DNA of 64,000 nucleotides, taken from assembly GCA_965223505.1 (NCBI GenBank), contig CBDCWP010000010.1, forward strand, positions 142,971 to 206,970, read 5' to 3'. Below, in pieces: positions 20,556 through 30,095 of the stretch (the stretch's first letter is position 1; every line of letters starts with the position of its first letter). Position numbers and translations under genes: made by a program. Source of the DNA: Planctomycetota bacterium. Lineage in GTDB: Bacteria > Planctomycetota > PLA2 > JAEUHO01. Under the pieces are notes generated by a model, which did no database searches, was not told where the DNA came from, and saw only the letters and a list, made by a program, of their open reading frames with translations.

Positions 20556-21494
20556 GTGCCGCTCACCGCATGGATGCCGAGCCCGCCGGAGAGCGGGTTC
20601 CTCGAGACGCTTCGCGCGGCGCTTCACGACGACGTGGACCTCGTGGTCGGCGACGAGGCGCCGCGCGACGCACACGTCCTCGTGAGCGGCGTGCCGACGG
20701 CGGCACAGCTCGCGGCGCTTCCGTCTCTCCAGACGCTGGTCGTTCCCTACGCGGGGCTGCCCGCGCGCACGCGTGCGCTGCTGCTCGAACAGGGTGACGA
20801 CATCCGTGTCCACAACCTCCATCACAACGCCTCCGCGACGGCGGAGCTCGCCCTTGCGCTGTTGCTCGCCGCCGCAAAGCGCATCGTGCCGATGGACCAA
20901 CAACTCCGCACCGACGACTGGACGCCGCGTTACGACCCGTCGCAGGTACGGTTGCTCGCCGGCAAGACCGCGGTCGTGCTGGGCGTCGGCGCGGTCGGGC
21001 GGCGCGTCGTTCGCGCGCTGAAGGCGCTGGGCATGGACGTCATCGGGGTTCGGCGCGACGACGCGCAGGAAATCGACGCCTTGCTGCCGCGCGCCGACGT
21101 CGTGATGTGCTGTCTGCCGGGCACGCCTCGAACCGACGGGCTGATCGACGAGCGCGCGCTCGCGCGTTTTCCGGCGGGGGCCTTGCTGGTGAACGTCGGT
21201 CGCGCCGCCGCCATCGACGAGGACGCGCTGTTCGCGGCGCTTCAGAGCGGGAGGCTGGGCGCAGCAGGTCTGGACGTCTGGTACGCGTACCCGCAGTCGG
21301 AGGACGAGCGCGCGCAGACGCCGCCGTCGGCGCATCGTTTCGGCGACCTCGACAACGTCGTCTTGAGCCCGCATCGCGGCGGGCAGACCGAAGAGACGGA
21401 GCGACTTCGGGCCGAGGGTCTCGCGAAGCTGTTGAACCAGGCCGCGGCCGGCGAGCCGATCGACAACGCGGTCGACGTCGAGCGCGGCTACTGA
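20556..21494 (+). CDS. D-isomer-specific 2-hydroxyacid dehydrogenase family NAD-binding protein
   Basis: GxGxxG (VLGVGAVGRRV) plus a conserved catalytic region. Confidence 0.8.
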   Translation: MPLTAWMPSPPESGFLETLRAALHDDVDLVVGDEAPRDAHVLVSGVPTAAQLAALPSLQTLVVPYAGLPARTRALLLEQGDDIRVHNLHHNASATAELALALLLAAAKRIVPMDQQLRTDDWTPRYDPSQVRLLAGKTAVVLGVGAVGRRVVRALKALGMDVIGVRRDDAQEIDALLPRADVVMCCLPGTPRTDGLIDERALARFPAGALLVNVGRAAAIDEDALFAALQSGRLGAAGLDVWYAYPQSEDERAQTPPSAHRFGDLDNVVLSPHRGGQTEETERLRAEGLAKLLNQAAAGEPIDNAVDVERGY

Positions 21495-21509
21495 GCGGCG
21501 GTCCGTGCG

Positions 21510-21929
21510 CTAGTTCCGCGCGGCGTTCAGCGCCGCTTCCTCGTCGTCGTAGTGGGGCACGAGCCTACCGACGCCCGTGATGTCCAGCACCTTCATCGGT
21601 TGTTTCTGCACCCCGGAGAGAAGGAACTGCTTGCCGGCGTTCTTGGTCGAGGTGTAGCAGGCGGCGATGATGCCGACGCCGGCGCTGGTGATGAAGTCCA
21701 CGTCGGCCATGTTGAAGAGCACGATCGAGCGGCCGGCGAAGTGCGCTTCCTTCGCTTCTTCACGAATCTGATCGAGGAACTCGTAGCATCCCTCGGTCTC
21801 GCCGAGGACGCCGTGCAGGCGATAGACCAGCGCGTCTTCGGCGCTCTCATCGCGTTCCACTTGCAGACGATGGGACTCGGTGTTCACGGTTCGACCTCCG
21901 TGCGCTTCGGCGCGGGCGGACGATACCAC
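21510..21929 (-). CDS. STAS-domain protein (anti-sigma-factor antagonist SpoIIAA-like); the true start is possibly an internal GTG near 21887
   Basis: Motif DFITSAGVGIIAACYT. Located 19 nt downstream of the patatin-domain membrane protein gene on the same strand. Confidence 0.6.
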   Translation of the reverse strand: MVSSARAEAHGGRTVNTESHRLQVERDESAEDALVYRLHGVLGETEGCYEFLDQIREEAKEAHFAGRSIVLFNMADVDFITSAGVGIIAACYTSTKNAGKQFLLSGVQKQPMKVLDITGVGRLVPHYDDEEAALNAARN

Positions 21930-21950
21930 GCCTCGGCGGCCGGGGGCCCG

Positions 21951-24719
21951 CTAGGGTCGAAGCGCTCGCTTCAGGCGCGCGGGCAGACTACCGGACGCAG
22001 GGTCGTCCTTGGTCCAGCCTCGCTGGATCCACTCGCGCACCCGCGCGGCGTCACCGTGGAGCTCGATGCCGTCCAGCCGCTCCTGGTCGAAGATCGCGTG
22101 GAGCAACTCGAGCATCGTGGCACGGCAGATTTCGACGTCTGCGCGCGCCGTCCGATCGAGCTCGAACGGATCGCGTACGCGAAACGCCGGCGGCACCATC
22201 CAGTGCGTGCCGAAATCGGCGGCGTCCCGCAGCGCGGGCGGCATCGGGAGGTAGTGGATCTCGATCGGGCGCTCGATCGGCGGCAGCGCTCTCGCCTCGC
22301 GAGCCGCATTGATCTTCGCGTTCGCATCGTCGAGGAGCATGGCGATCAGCTGATTGGCGAAGCGCTCCTTCGACGTGCTCAGCGCGCCGAGGCCGCGGTC
22401 CCGCGCGTACTTGACGCCGCCAAGGGCCGAGGCCTCAGCGACGAGGATGCGGATCGGACGCCACGTCGACGCGTCGTTCTCGTTCATCGTGATCCGGAGG
22501 GCGACGAGCAGAGAAAGCACACCCCGATTGTCGATGGTGCCGCCATCCGTCAGCCAGAACAGCTCCTCGACGTCGCCTTTCTTCAAGACGGCGCCGACAT
22601 TCGAGAACACGGGTGGGAAGTTCGCGTTCGTCGCGGCGGCGCGACAGATCCCGAGCGCGGGGCCGGAGAGGAACACGTACGGGAGCTTCATTTCCCACGC
22701 GTCCGGGTCGGGCTGGATCGCAGCATGGGCAGAGGTCTCCGACAACCCGGCGATGTTCGTGAACACGCACCGTCCCCCGCTCTCGAAGGTCGTCGTGACC
22801 GATGCGTTCGTGCCGTCCACATCGAAGGCTGCAGCTTCGGGACGGCGCACCGCTCCCGTTCTCCTGGATCCCGAGATGCCGGTGTTGAACATCAGGCCCA
22901 GATCGGTGATGGAGTGCAGTGCGGTGTCGTTGCGGCCGCCGTTCCCGCCGCCGGCGGTGAAGGTCCGCACGAAACTCTCCGTGAGCACGTCGCCGAAGTG
23001 GGCTCCTTGCTGCAGGCGCAGCTCGGGCGCGCTCCGCACGACCTCCGCGATGAACTCGTGCGTGAGCTGCGTCTGGAACGTCTGCCACTGCTTCTCGGCG
23101 GTGAGCGCATCCTTGTGCAGCGCGTAGTAGGCCAGCGCCGCCCCGCCGCCGGAGACCGAACTGCCCGCCACGATGCGGCGCATCGCCTCCGGGTCGTGCA
23201 CCCAGATGCCGTGCATCAGCGCCTCGGCGAACAGCGCGGCGCGGGATCCCCCGCCTGAGACGGCCAGCAACAGCGCGGGCTCGTTCGTTTCCGAGAGTTT
23301 CGCATGCAGGTCGAAGGGTCGCGTGCCGTCTGCGTTGTCGCCGGCGTCGTTGGTCACCGCGATGCTCGTATTCTTGGTGTCGTTGAACCGGCTGTAGACG
23401 TTGACCGCCATCACGCCCAGCAGGACGGCCAAGAGGATCCCGTTGTAGATCGTCTGACGGCGTCGCATGGCGCGCAGATGGCGCGCGCCAGGGCCGTCTT
23501 TGTAGTCCTCCACGAAAACGACCTGTTTCGGGGTAAACGTGGGCTCTGCCGCCGGCTCCTCCGACGGCGAGGCGTCGTACGCCTCTCGTAGCGATTCGGG
23601 GGTCGGTAGCTGCTCGGCTTCTTTCGGCGCGTTCTCCGCAAGGATGGAGAAGAGGTCGATCGGCTCGAAGCTCTCGTAGCGCCGGGTCTTCCCGCCGGAT
23701 TTCTCGATCGCCATGAGCCGCCCCGCTCCGTGCATCTGGATCGTGCAGCCGTCACGCTTCCCGTAGGCGATCTCCTTGGTCTCGTTGTTTGGGTTCAGGA
23801 CGCGCATGAACCAGGCACCTGCGGTGATGCGCGTCCAGTAGTCATACAGCCAGAACAGCACATAGAAGCCCAAGACGTACGCGCCCAGCACCCGCGGGGC
23901 GCCCGCCATCACGACTTCGACGTACTGCACGCCGAAGATGCGGCAGATCGCGATGAGGATCACCGCCACGGTCACGATCGCGGGCGCGCCGCTGGTGAGC
24001 AGACGTCCCACCCCGCCCCGTAGGATGGCGAGACGGTATTTGTAGTGCGAGATCGTCAGTAGCACGATGCCGACGACGAGCCACCAGCCAATGACGGGGC
24101 CTCTCGGTCCACAGACCAGGACGCCCACCGAGACGAACCACAGCAGGAGGATCGGCGTCTGGATCGGCGCCATGAAGACGGCGCGGATCAACGCGCGCCA
24201 GTCCCACTCGGTCTTGGTCGGCTGCCGAAAGAGCTCGGTCTCGTCCACGCATTCGTGGAAGTACTCGTGCATCTCATCGTGTGCGACGCGAAACAACAGC
24301 CACGCAAGAAGCTGGGACACCAGCATGCCGATGCCGAGCACGAAGACGGCGAAGTAGCCCATTGTGTGCTCGAACGGCTTGTCGCTGTGTTCGAGCTGGT
24401 TGCCGTCCGCCAATCGAAACGTGAGCCATGTCATGCCCGCGATCACGGCAAAGTGCATGTAGCGCGCGAGCGTGAACGGGACCTTGTGCGCGAGGGCGGC
24501 CGAAAGCACGAGGAGCGCGAACGCCAGTGCGCACCACAGCGGCAGTCCCGCGCGTGCCGTGAACGGCAGCCACGTTCCGTACGAGGCGAGGAAGACGACC
24601 AGTGCGGGGAGGAGCAGTGAGTAGACCGTGTGACCGCGTAGCCACGGGAAGTCGGTCCGATTCATGAAGAGGTCGAAGCCGCGCAGTCTGTTGTTGATGA
24701 CGCTTGCAATCCAGCCCAC
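21951..24719 (-). CDS. 922-aa polytopic membrane protein with C-terminal patatin-like phospholipase (PNPLA) domain
   Basis: About 10 TM helices in the first ~430 aa. Patatin oxyanion motif (SGGGSRAA), nucleophile-elbow-like (AGSSVSGGG) and catalytic DGG (FWLTDGGTIDNRG). Confidence 0.85.
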   Translation of the reverse strand: MGWIASVINNRLRGFDLFMNRTDFPWLRGHTVYSLLLPALVVFLASYGTWLPFTARAGLPLWCALAFALLVLSAALAHKVPFTLARYMHFAVIAGMTWLTFRLADGNQLEHSDKPFEHTMGYFAVFVLGIGMLVSQLLAWLLFRVAHDEMHEYFHECVDETELFRQPTKTEWDWRALIRAVFMAPIQTPILLLWFVSVGVLVCGPRGPVIGWWLVVGIVLLTISHYKYRLAILRGGVGRLLTSGAPAIVTVAVILIAICRIFGVQYVEVVMAGAPRVLGAYVLGFYVLFWLYDYWTRITAGAWFMRVLNPNNETKEIAYGKRDGCTIQMHGAGRLMAIEKSGGKTRRYESFEPIDLFSILAENAPKEAEQLPTPESLREAYDASPSEEPAAEPTFTPKQVVFVEDYKDGPGARHLRAMRRRQTIYNGILLAVLLGVMAVNVYSRFNDTKNTSIAVTNDAGDNADGTRPFDLHAKLSETNEPALLLAVSGGGSRAALFAEALMHGIWVHDPEAMRRIVAGSSVSGGGAALAYYALHKDALTAEKQWQTFQTQLTHEFIAEVVRSAPELRLQQGAHFGDVLTESFVRTFTAGGGNGGRNDTALHSITDLGLMFNTGISGSRRTGAVRRPEAAAFDVDGTNASVTTTFESGGRCVFTNIAGLSETSAHAAIQPDPDAWEMKLPYVFLSGPALGICRAAATNANFPPVFSNVGAVLKKGDVEELFWLTDGGTIDNRGVLSLLVALRITMNENDASTWRPIRILVAEASALGGVKYARDRGLGALSTSKERFANQLIAMLLDDANAKINAAREARALPPIERPIEIHYLPMPPALRDAADFGTHWMVPPAFRVRDPFELDRTARADVEICRATMLELLHAIFDQERLDGIELHGDAARVREWIQRGWTKDDPASGSLPARLKRALRP

Positions 24720-24778
24720 GCGGCTCCCCCCAATCGATCAATCGTCGGAGCGTACCCGGTGGAGCGAGACGGGCGCAA

Positions 24779-25756
24779 CTACCAGGCGTACGCCTCGGGG
24801 GCCGCACCGCCGGGGCCCGGGAAGATCTCGTCGAGCCGGTTCAGCTGCGCGGCGTCGAGCTCGATCTCGAGCGCGCGCAGGGACCCGTCGAGCTGCGCCA
24901 CCGTCCGCGGTCCGAGGATCGGCGCGGTGACCGCCGGGTTGGACAGCACCCACGCGAGCGCAATGTCCGCGGGCTGCTCCCCGGCGTCGTCGCAGAAGGC
25001 CTCCCACTGCTCGATCTTGGGCCGCTCCTTCTCGAGGCGTTCTTGCAGGAGCTCGCGCGCGCGGCGCGTGCCCTCGGCCGCCTCCTTCTTCAAGACGCCG
25101 GCGAGGAGGCCGCCGCCGAGCGGGCTCCAGGGCAACAGACCGAGACCGTACTGCTCGCACGCGGGAATCACCTCGAGCTCGATCGTGCGCGCGTTGAGGT
25201 GATAGAGACTCTGCTCCGAGACGAGCCCCAGGAAGCTGCGCGCCCTGGCGGACTCGTTGGCTTGGACGAGGTGCCAGCCGGCGAAGTTCGAGGAGCCGAC
25301 GTACAGCACCTTGCCCTGCTGCACGAGGACCTCCATGGCCTGCCAGATCTCGTCCCACGGGGCTGCGCGCCAGACGTGATGCATCTGATAGAGGTCGATG
25401 TAGTCGGTCTGTAGCCGCGTCAGGCTGGCGTCGCAGGCGCGGCGGATGTTGAGCGCGGAGAGCTTGCCCTCGTTGGGCCAGTCGCCCATGTCGCCGTAGA
25501 GCTTCGTTGCGAGCACGGTCTTCTCGCGCCGGTCGCCGCCCTGGGCGAACCAGTTGCCGATGATCGTCTCGGTGGCGCCCTTGCCGGCCGTTCCGCCGTA
25601 GACGTTGGCCGTGTCGAAGAAGTTGATGCCGAGCTCGTGCGCTCTATCCATCATCGCGAAGCTCTCGTCCTGCGTCGCGATGGGGCCGAAGTTCATGGTG
25701 CCCAGACAGAGGCGACTGACCGAGAGGGCGGTGCGGCCGAGCGTCGTGTACTCCAT
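24779..25756 (-). CDS. Aldo/keto reductase
   Basis: Start moved to the internal ATG, which has a GGAG Shine-Dalgarno. Typical AKR sequence (MEYTTLGRTALSVSRLCLGTMNFG...). Confidence 0.9.
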   Translation of the reverse strand: MEYTTLGRTALSVSRLCLGTMNFGPIATQDESFAMMDRAHELGINFFDTANVYGGTAGKGATETIIGNWFAQGGDRREKTVLATKLYGDMGDWPNEGKLSALNIRRACDASLTRLQTDYIDLYQMHHVWRAAPWDEIWQAMEVLVQQGKVLYVGSSNFAGWHLVQANESARARSFLGLVSEQSLYHLNARTIELEVIPACEQYGLGLLPWSPLGGGLLAGVLKKEAAEGTRRARELLQERLEKERPKIEQWEAFCDDAGEQPADIALAWVLSNPAVTAPILGPRTVAQLDGSLRALEIELDAAQLNRLDEIFPGPGGAAPEAYAW

Positions 25757-25795
25757 GGCGTTCTCCGTCGACGGGCGCGGTAGGGTACCCGAAGC

Positions 25796-26497
25796 ATGGT
25801 CATCGCGATCGACTTCGACGTGTACGAGTTCGCCTGCGACGGCGCGCGGTGGGGCGTTCCCCACGCGTGGAACGTGCTGTCGAACGTGCCGTTCCTGTTC
25901 GTCGGCTTGTGGGGCCTGGTCACGATGGCGCGCGGCGGCGCCTTGTCGGACGGCCGGTTCCGCAACTGGACCGGTCTCTGGATCTCGACGGCCCTGCTTT
26001 GTTTCGGGTCCGGCGTCTATCACTGGGTGCCGGAGCCCTGGTCGCTGGCGCTCGATCGAGCGTGCATCGGGGGCATCATCGCGTTCATCGGCGCGCACGC
26101 CGTCACGACGTGTCTGCAGGTGCCGTCGACGCGCGAGCTGTCTCTCGCCCTGCTGATCGTCTGCGAGCTGTCCGTGGGGGCGTGGTACCTGGGAATCGAC
26201 GGCGGCTGGATGTACGCGACGCTGCAGGCCGGGGGGGGCGTGGGGGTGTTGCTGTTGTACGCGGTCGCGTGGCGCAAGGGCCGGCTGCGAACGTCACCGG
26301 CGCCGGTCTTCCTGTTCTCGGCCTGCTACGCCTTGGCGAAGATCGTGGAGGTGGGCGACCAGGTCGTCTGCGACTGGACGGGCGTGATCGGCGGCCACCC
26401 CTTCAAGCACCTGCTCGCCGCTCTGGGGCTGATCTTCCTGGGCGGCATGATGAAAGCGGAGATGGAACAGCATGGGCAATCCGTGGACGCAGGCTGA
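25796..26497 (+). CDS. Alkaline ceramidase-like (Ceramidase family) 7-TM membrane hydrolase
   Basis: Conserved Ceramidase-family residues in order: NVLSNVPF, SGVYH, LALDRAC, GGHPFKHLL. Confidence 0.6.
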   Translation: MVIAIDFDVYEFACDGARWGVPHAWNVLSNVPFLFVGLWGLVTMARGGALSDGRFRNWTGLWISTALLCFGSGVYHWVPEPWSLALDRACIGGIIAFIGAHAVTTCLQVPSTRELSLALLIVCELSVGAWYLGIDGGWMYATLQAGGGVGVLLLYAVAWRKGRLRTSPAPVFLFSACYALAKIVEVGDQVVCDWTGVIGGHPFKHLLAALGLIFLGGMMKAEMEQHGQSVDAG

Positions 26498-27167
26498 GCA
26501 CGCGCGGCATTGGTTGTCGGGGCCGCGGCCCGGCAACCCGTACTCGGACGAGCAATGGGGCGTCGTGTTGGCGCTCTGCGAGGCGCAGCGTCCGCGGCGG
26601 ATCCTCGATCTGGGTTGCGGTCCCGGCGACTTCGACCGGCGCCTGCTCGATCGCGCGCCGGAAGCGTCGCTCGTCTGCCTGGACGCGTCGGAGACGATGC
26701 TCGAGCGCGCGCGTCACCGGCTTCGCGACGACGAATCGCGCGTTGCGTTCGTACGGGCCGAGGTCGAAGACGACTGGACGGGACAGACGGGCGCCGATTT
26801 CGACGCGATCCTCGCGCTCAATGTGGTTCACCATCTCGACGGCCCGGCCAAACGCAGTGTGTTCGCGCGCTGTCGTGACGGGTTGCGGCCCGGGGGACTG
26901 CTCGTGCTGAGCGATCGGGTGACCGTGGACGAGCGCTGGTTCGGACACTACAAGGCGCTGTGGAACCGCGCGCGGCGAACGCACGACTACGAGCCGCTCC
27001 CGGCCGACTACGGCCACGACGACCACCTCGAGCAGAACGAGCGGGCCGGCGACGTGCCGGACCGATTGCGGGATCAGCTCGAGTGGATGTCGAACGCGGG
27101 GTTCGACCCGGTCACGTGTTTCTGGCGGCACGCGAATCGCGCCGTGTTCGGTGGGTTGCGCGGGTAG
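26472..27167 (+). CDS. Class I SAM-dependent methyltransferase
   Basis: Motif I ILDLGCGPGDF and post-I acidic residue. Confidence 0.7.
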   Translation: MGNPWTQAEHARHWLSGPRPGNPYSDEQWGVVLALCEAQRPRRILDLGCGPGDFDRRLLDRAPEASLVCLDASETMLERARHRLRDDESRVAFVRAEVEDDWTGQTGADFDAILALNVVHHLDGPAKRSVFARCRDGLRPGGLLVLSDRVTVDERWFGHYKALWNRARRTHDYEPLPADYGHDDHLEQNERAGDVPDRLRDQLEWMSNAGFDPVTCFWRHANRAVFGGLRG

Positions 27168-27239
27168 GTAGGGGCAGCCCTTGTGGCTGCCCAACAGCCG
27201 TACGCGTCCGAATTGGGCGACCACGAGGGTCGTCCCCCC

Positions 27240-28667
27240 TCAGCGCGCGAGATGCTCGGCCAGCACCTGCGCGACACAACACGTCACGGCCTTGCCCGTC
27301 GGGATGTGCAGGAACTCGTTGGGACCGTGTGCGTTCGAGCCCGGTCCCAAGACGCCCGTGATCAAGAACTGCGCCTTCGGGAACTTCTCGCCCAGCATGC
27401 CCATGAACGGAATCGTCCCGCCTTCACCCATCAGCACCGCCGGCTTGCCGAAGTACGCCTCCGACGCCTTCGTGACCGCCGATTCGAGCCACGGCTCCAG
27501 CGGCGGCGAGTTCCAACCGCTGCCCGGCATGTGGACGTCGAACGAAACGGTCGCGCCGTAGGGCGGGTCGGCCTCGAGTCGTTCCTTGATCCGCTGCGCG
27601 GCCTGCTCGGCGTCCATGGTCGGCGGGACGCGGACGGAGAGCTTCAGCGCGGTGTGGGGGCGCAGCACGTTGCCCCCGTCTTCGATGGCCGGCAAACCGC
27701 CGGCTCCGGTCACCTCGAGGGAAGGCCGCCAGGTCCGGTTCAGGACGAGATCACGTAGGGTCGTCTCGCCCGGTCCCGCTCGTTCCGCGAACGGGAACGT
27801 GTCGCGGAGTTCCCGTCCCAACACCTCCCCCGCCAGCTTGGCCTGGGTCATACGGTCCGGCGGGACGTCCACGTGGAAGTCCGCCATGACGCCGGTGCTC
27901 TCGTCCTCGATCCGGGAGAGCAGTCGGCGGGCGATGCGGAAGCTCGACGGCACCACGCCGCCCGCGTTTCCGGAGTGGACGCCCTCGCGCAGGATGTCCA
28001 CCCGTAACGTGCCGACGACGATGCCGCGCAGCGACGTGGTGAGCCAGAGCTGTTCGTAGTTGCCGCAGCCCGAGTCGAGACAGATGACGAGGCTGGGATC
28101 GCCGATGCGCTCCTCCAGCGCCTCGATGTACGCCGGCAGGTCGTAGCTACCGCTCTCTTCGCAGGCTTCGATCAGCACGACGCAGCGCGCGTGTCGGCCG
28201 CCGGCCTTGCGCAGCGCCTCGATGGCGGCGAGCGACGCGAACGCCGCGTAGCCGTCATCCGCACCGCCGCGGCCGTACAGCTTGTCGCCCTCCAGGACGG
28301 GCGTCCACGGCCCGAGGCCATCGCGCCAGCCGGTCATCTCCGGCTGCTTGTCGAGATGCCCGTACAGGAGCACGGTGTCGTCGGTCTCGCCCGGGATCTC
28401 CATGTAGATGAGCGGCGTACGTCCCTCGAGACGCACGACCTCGAGCTGCAGTCCTTCGATCGGCCGCTCGCGGCACCAGGCGGCAATGAGCTCGACGGCC
28501 TCGTCCATGTGGCCGTGCTCGGCCCAGTCGGCGTCGAACAGCGGGGACTTGCACGGAATGCGGATGTACGTCGTCAGCTGCGGGACGATCTCCGCGTCCC
28601 AGGTCTTCGCGACGAACGAGGTCAAGACGTCCTGATCGAGGGACGGCGTGGCTTCGGCGGTGCTCAT
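27240..28667 (-). CDS. M20 family metallopeptidase (dipeptidase / ArgE-DapE-ACY1-like)
   Basis: HLDKQP, GRGGADDGY and other M20 metal-binding motifs. Intact 475 aa. Confidence 0.9.
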   Translation of the reverse strand: MSTAEATPSLDQDVLTSFVAKTWDAEIVPQLTTYIRIPCKSPLFDADWAEHGHMDEAVELIAAWCRERPIEGLQLEVVRLEGRTPLIYMEIPGETDDTVLLYGHLDKQPEMTGWRDGLGPWTPVLEGDKLYGRGGADDGYAAFASLAAIEALRKAGGRHARCVVLIEACEESGSYDLPAYIEALEERIGDPSLVICLDSGCGNYEQLWLTTSLRGIVVGTLRVDILREGVHSGNAGGVVPSSFRIARRLLSRIEDESTGVMADFHVDVPPDRMTQAKLAGEVLGRELRDTFPFAERAGPGETTLRDLVLNRTWRPSLEVTGAGGLPAIEDGGNVLRPHTALKLSVRVPPTMDAEQAAQRIKERLEADPPYGATVSFDVHMPGSGWNSPPLEPWLESAVTKASEAYFGKPAVLMGEGGTIPFMGMLGEKFPKAQFLITGVLGPGSNAHGPNEFLHIPTGKAVTCCVAQVLAEHLAR

Positions 28668-28689
28668 GCCGCGAATGATAGAGGCGCGC

Positions 28690-29985
28690 CTACCGCACGG
28701 GAATCCTGGCGGCGACGAGCCGCCCCGGATCGCCGGTGCGGCGGAACTCCTCGAGCATCAGCTTCACGTCGCCCTCGAGGTCCTTCACCACCTTGCCCCG
28801 CACGATGAACTGCTTCCCCGCGAGCACGTCCTCGGGCGAGACGAGATACGCGACCTTGTGGTTCTTGGCGCCGGTGGCGGTGAGCGTGCCGTCCTCGGCG
28901 AGCTCGCACTTGACCCGGAAGTCGCGCGAGACGTCCTGCGGCGCCTCGATGTGGAAGCGGCCCTCGTACCCCTGCTGCACGTGACGAAGGTGGCGATCGA
29001 CGGACACGGGAATCGTGCGCCGCTGCTCGCACGCCCAGGTCAGGACGTTCTGCAGGCGCAGATGATGCGGACCGGGATGCCGTTTCGGGAACGGGTTGCC
29101 GCCGTAGTCGGCGTCGGTGTACGTGATGAGCTCCGGGTCTGCGCCGGCCTGTTTCAACCGGTCGACCATGCCCTTGGCGTGCTCGTAGGGCGTGATTTCG
29201 TCACCCTCGCTGTGCAGCACCCTGATCTTCAGATTCGTCAGGTTCGGCGCATGGCGGTAGATCAGGGCCGGCATCACAGTGCCGCCCGCCGACTCCGGGA
29301 TGATGGCCGCGAATTGGTCGGGGAACGAGATCGCGTAGTACCAGGTGTAGAAGCCTGCTTGCGAGAGGCCGGTCATGGCGAAGCGGTCGTGATCGACCGC
29401 GTAGTTCAAGCGCAGGTGTGTGAGCGCGTCGAGCATGACCTGGGCCAGCGCCTGGTCGCGGCGCAGGAACTGCTGCTCCTTGAAGCGCTTCTTGTCGTTC
29501 TGGTGCTTGACGATCACCGGACGGAAGAGAATGTACTTGTCGCCCCACTTGCCCGCCCAGAAGGAGATGCCGGCCTCCGCGTCGACCGCGCCGTGATCCG
29601 GCAACACGAGGACGGGAAAGCGCGTCTTGTTGTCGTAGCCCTTGGGCAGGTAGATCGAGTAGACCCAGTTCTTTCCCAGGCTTTCGAACTCGACGCCGTG
29701 CGTCGTCGTCTCGGCCTTGCCCTTGGTCAGCGGCTTCATCGTGCGCAGGGCCTCGGCGGCGACGGCGACGTCGTCCTTGATGGCTTTGAGCGCCTTCTTG
29801 AGCGCCGACTTCTGCTTCTTGGGCTTGGCCGCGAGGTAGTCGGCCACGGCTTTGCGAACCGCGGCAGGCACCTTGACCTCGTCCGCGGCAACGCGCCGGT
29901 CGGGCGCCACCCAGAGCAGCGCCAGCAACGCCGTGAACATCACACCTGTCCGCATCGATCCTCCTCCCGGCCGGGCCCTCAGCAT
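28690..29985 (-). CDS. Secreted alpha/beta hydrolase (esterase / depolymerase-like) with C-terminal extra domain
   Basis: Signal peptide (likely start MRTGVMF...). GxSxG nucleophile (TGLSQAGF). Confidence 0.8.
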   Translation of the reverse strand: MLRARPGGGSMRTGVMFTALLALLWVAPDRRVAADEVKVPAAVRKAVADYLAAKPKKQKSALKKALKAIKDDVAVAAEALRTMKPLTKGKAETTTHGVEFESLGKNWVYSIYLPKGYDNKTRFPVLVLPDHGAVDAEAGISFWAGKWGDKYILFRPVIVKHQNDKKRFKEQQFLRRDQALAQVMLDALTHLRLNYAVDHDRFAMTGLSQAGFYTWYYAISFPDQFAAIIPESAGGTVMPALIYRHAPNLTNLKIRVLHSEGDEITPYEHAKGMVDRLKQAGADPELITYTDADYGGNPFPKRHPGPHHLRLQNVLTWACEQRRTIPVSVDRHLRHVQQGYEGRFHIEAPQDVSRDFRVKCELAEDGTLTATGAKNHKVAYLVSPEDVLAGKQFIVRGKVVKDLEGDVKLMLEEFRRTGDPGRLVAARIPVR

Positions 29986-30095
29986 AGCCGTTCGAACGCG
30001 TCCCGGGGGCGAGCGGCGACTCGCCGGAAACGGTGACGGCGACCGCCCGGCCGGTACCTTGTCGGGTTCCAGAACGGTTTTCGGAGGACCGCGCC

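Noticed and set aside
29986-30095. Searched the htpG upstream region for sigma32 (CTTGAAA-N14-CCCCAT) or CIRCE elements
   Set aside because: Only a short GGCGAG/CTCGCC inverted repeat was found, with no convincing heat-shock promoter consensus. Not reported as a feature.
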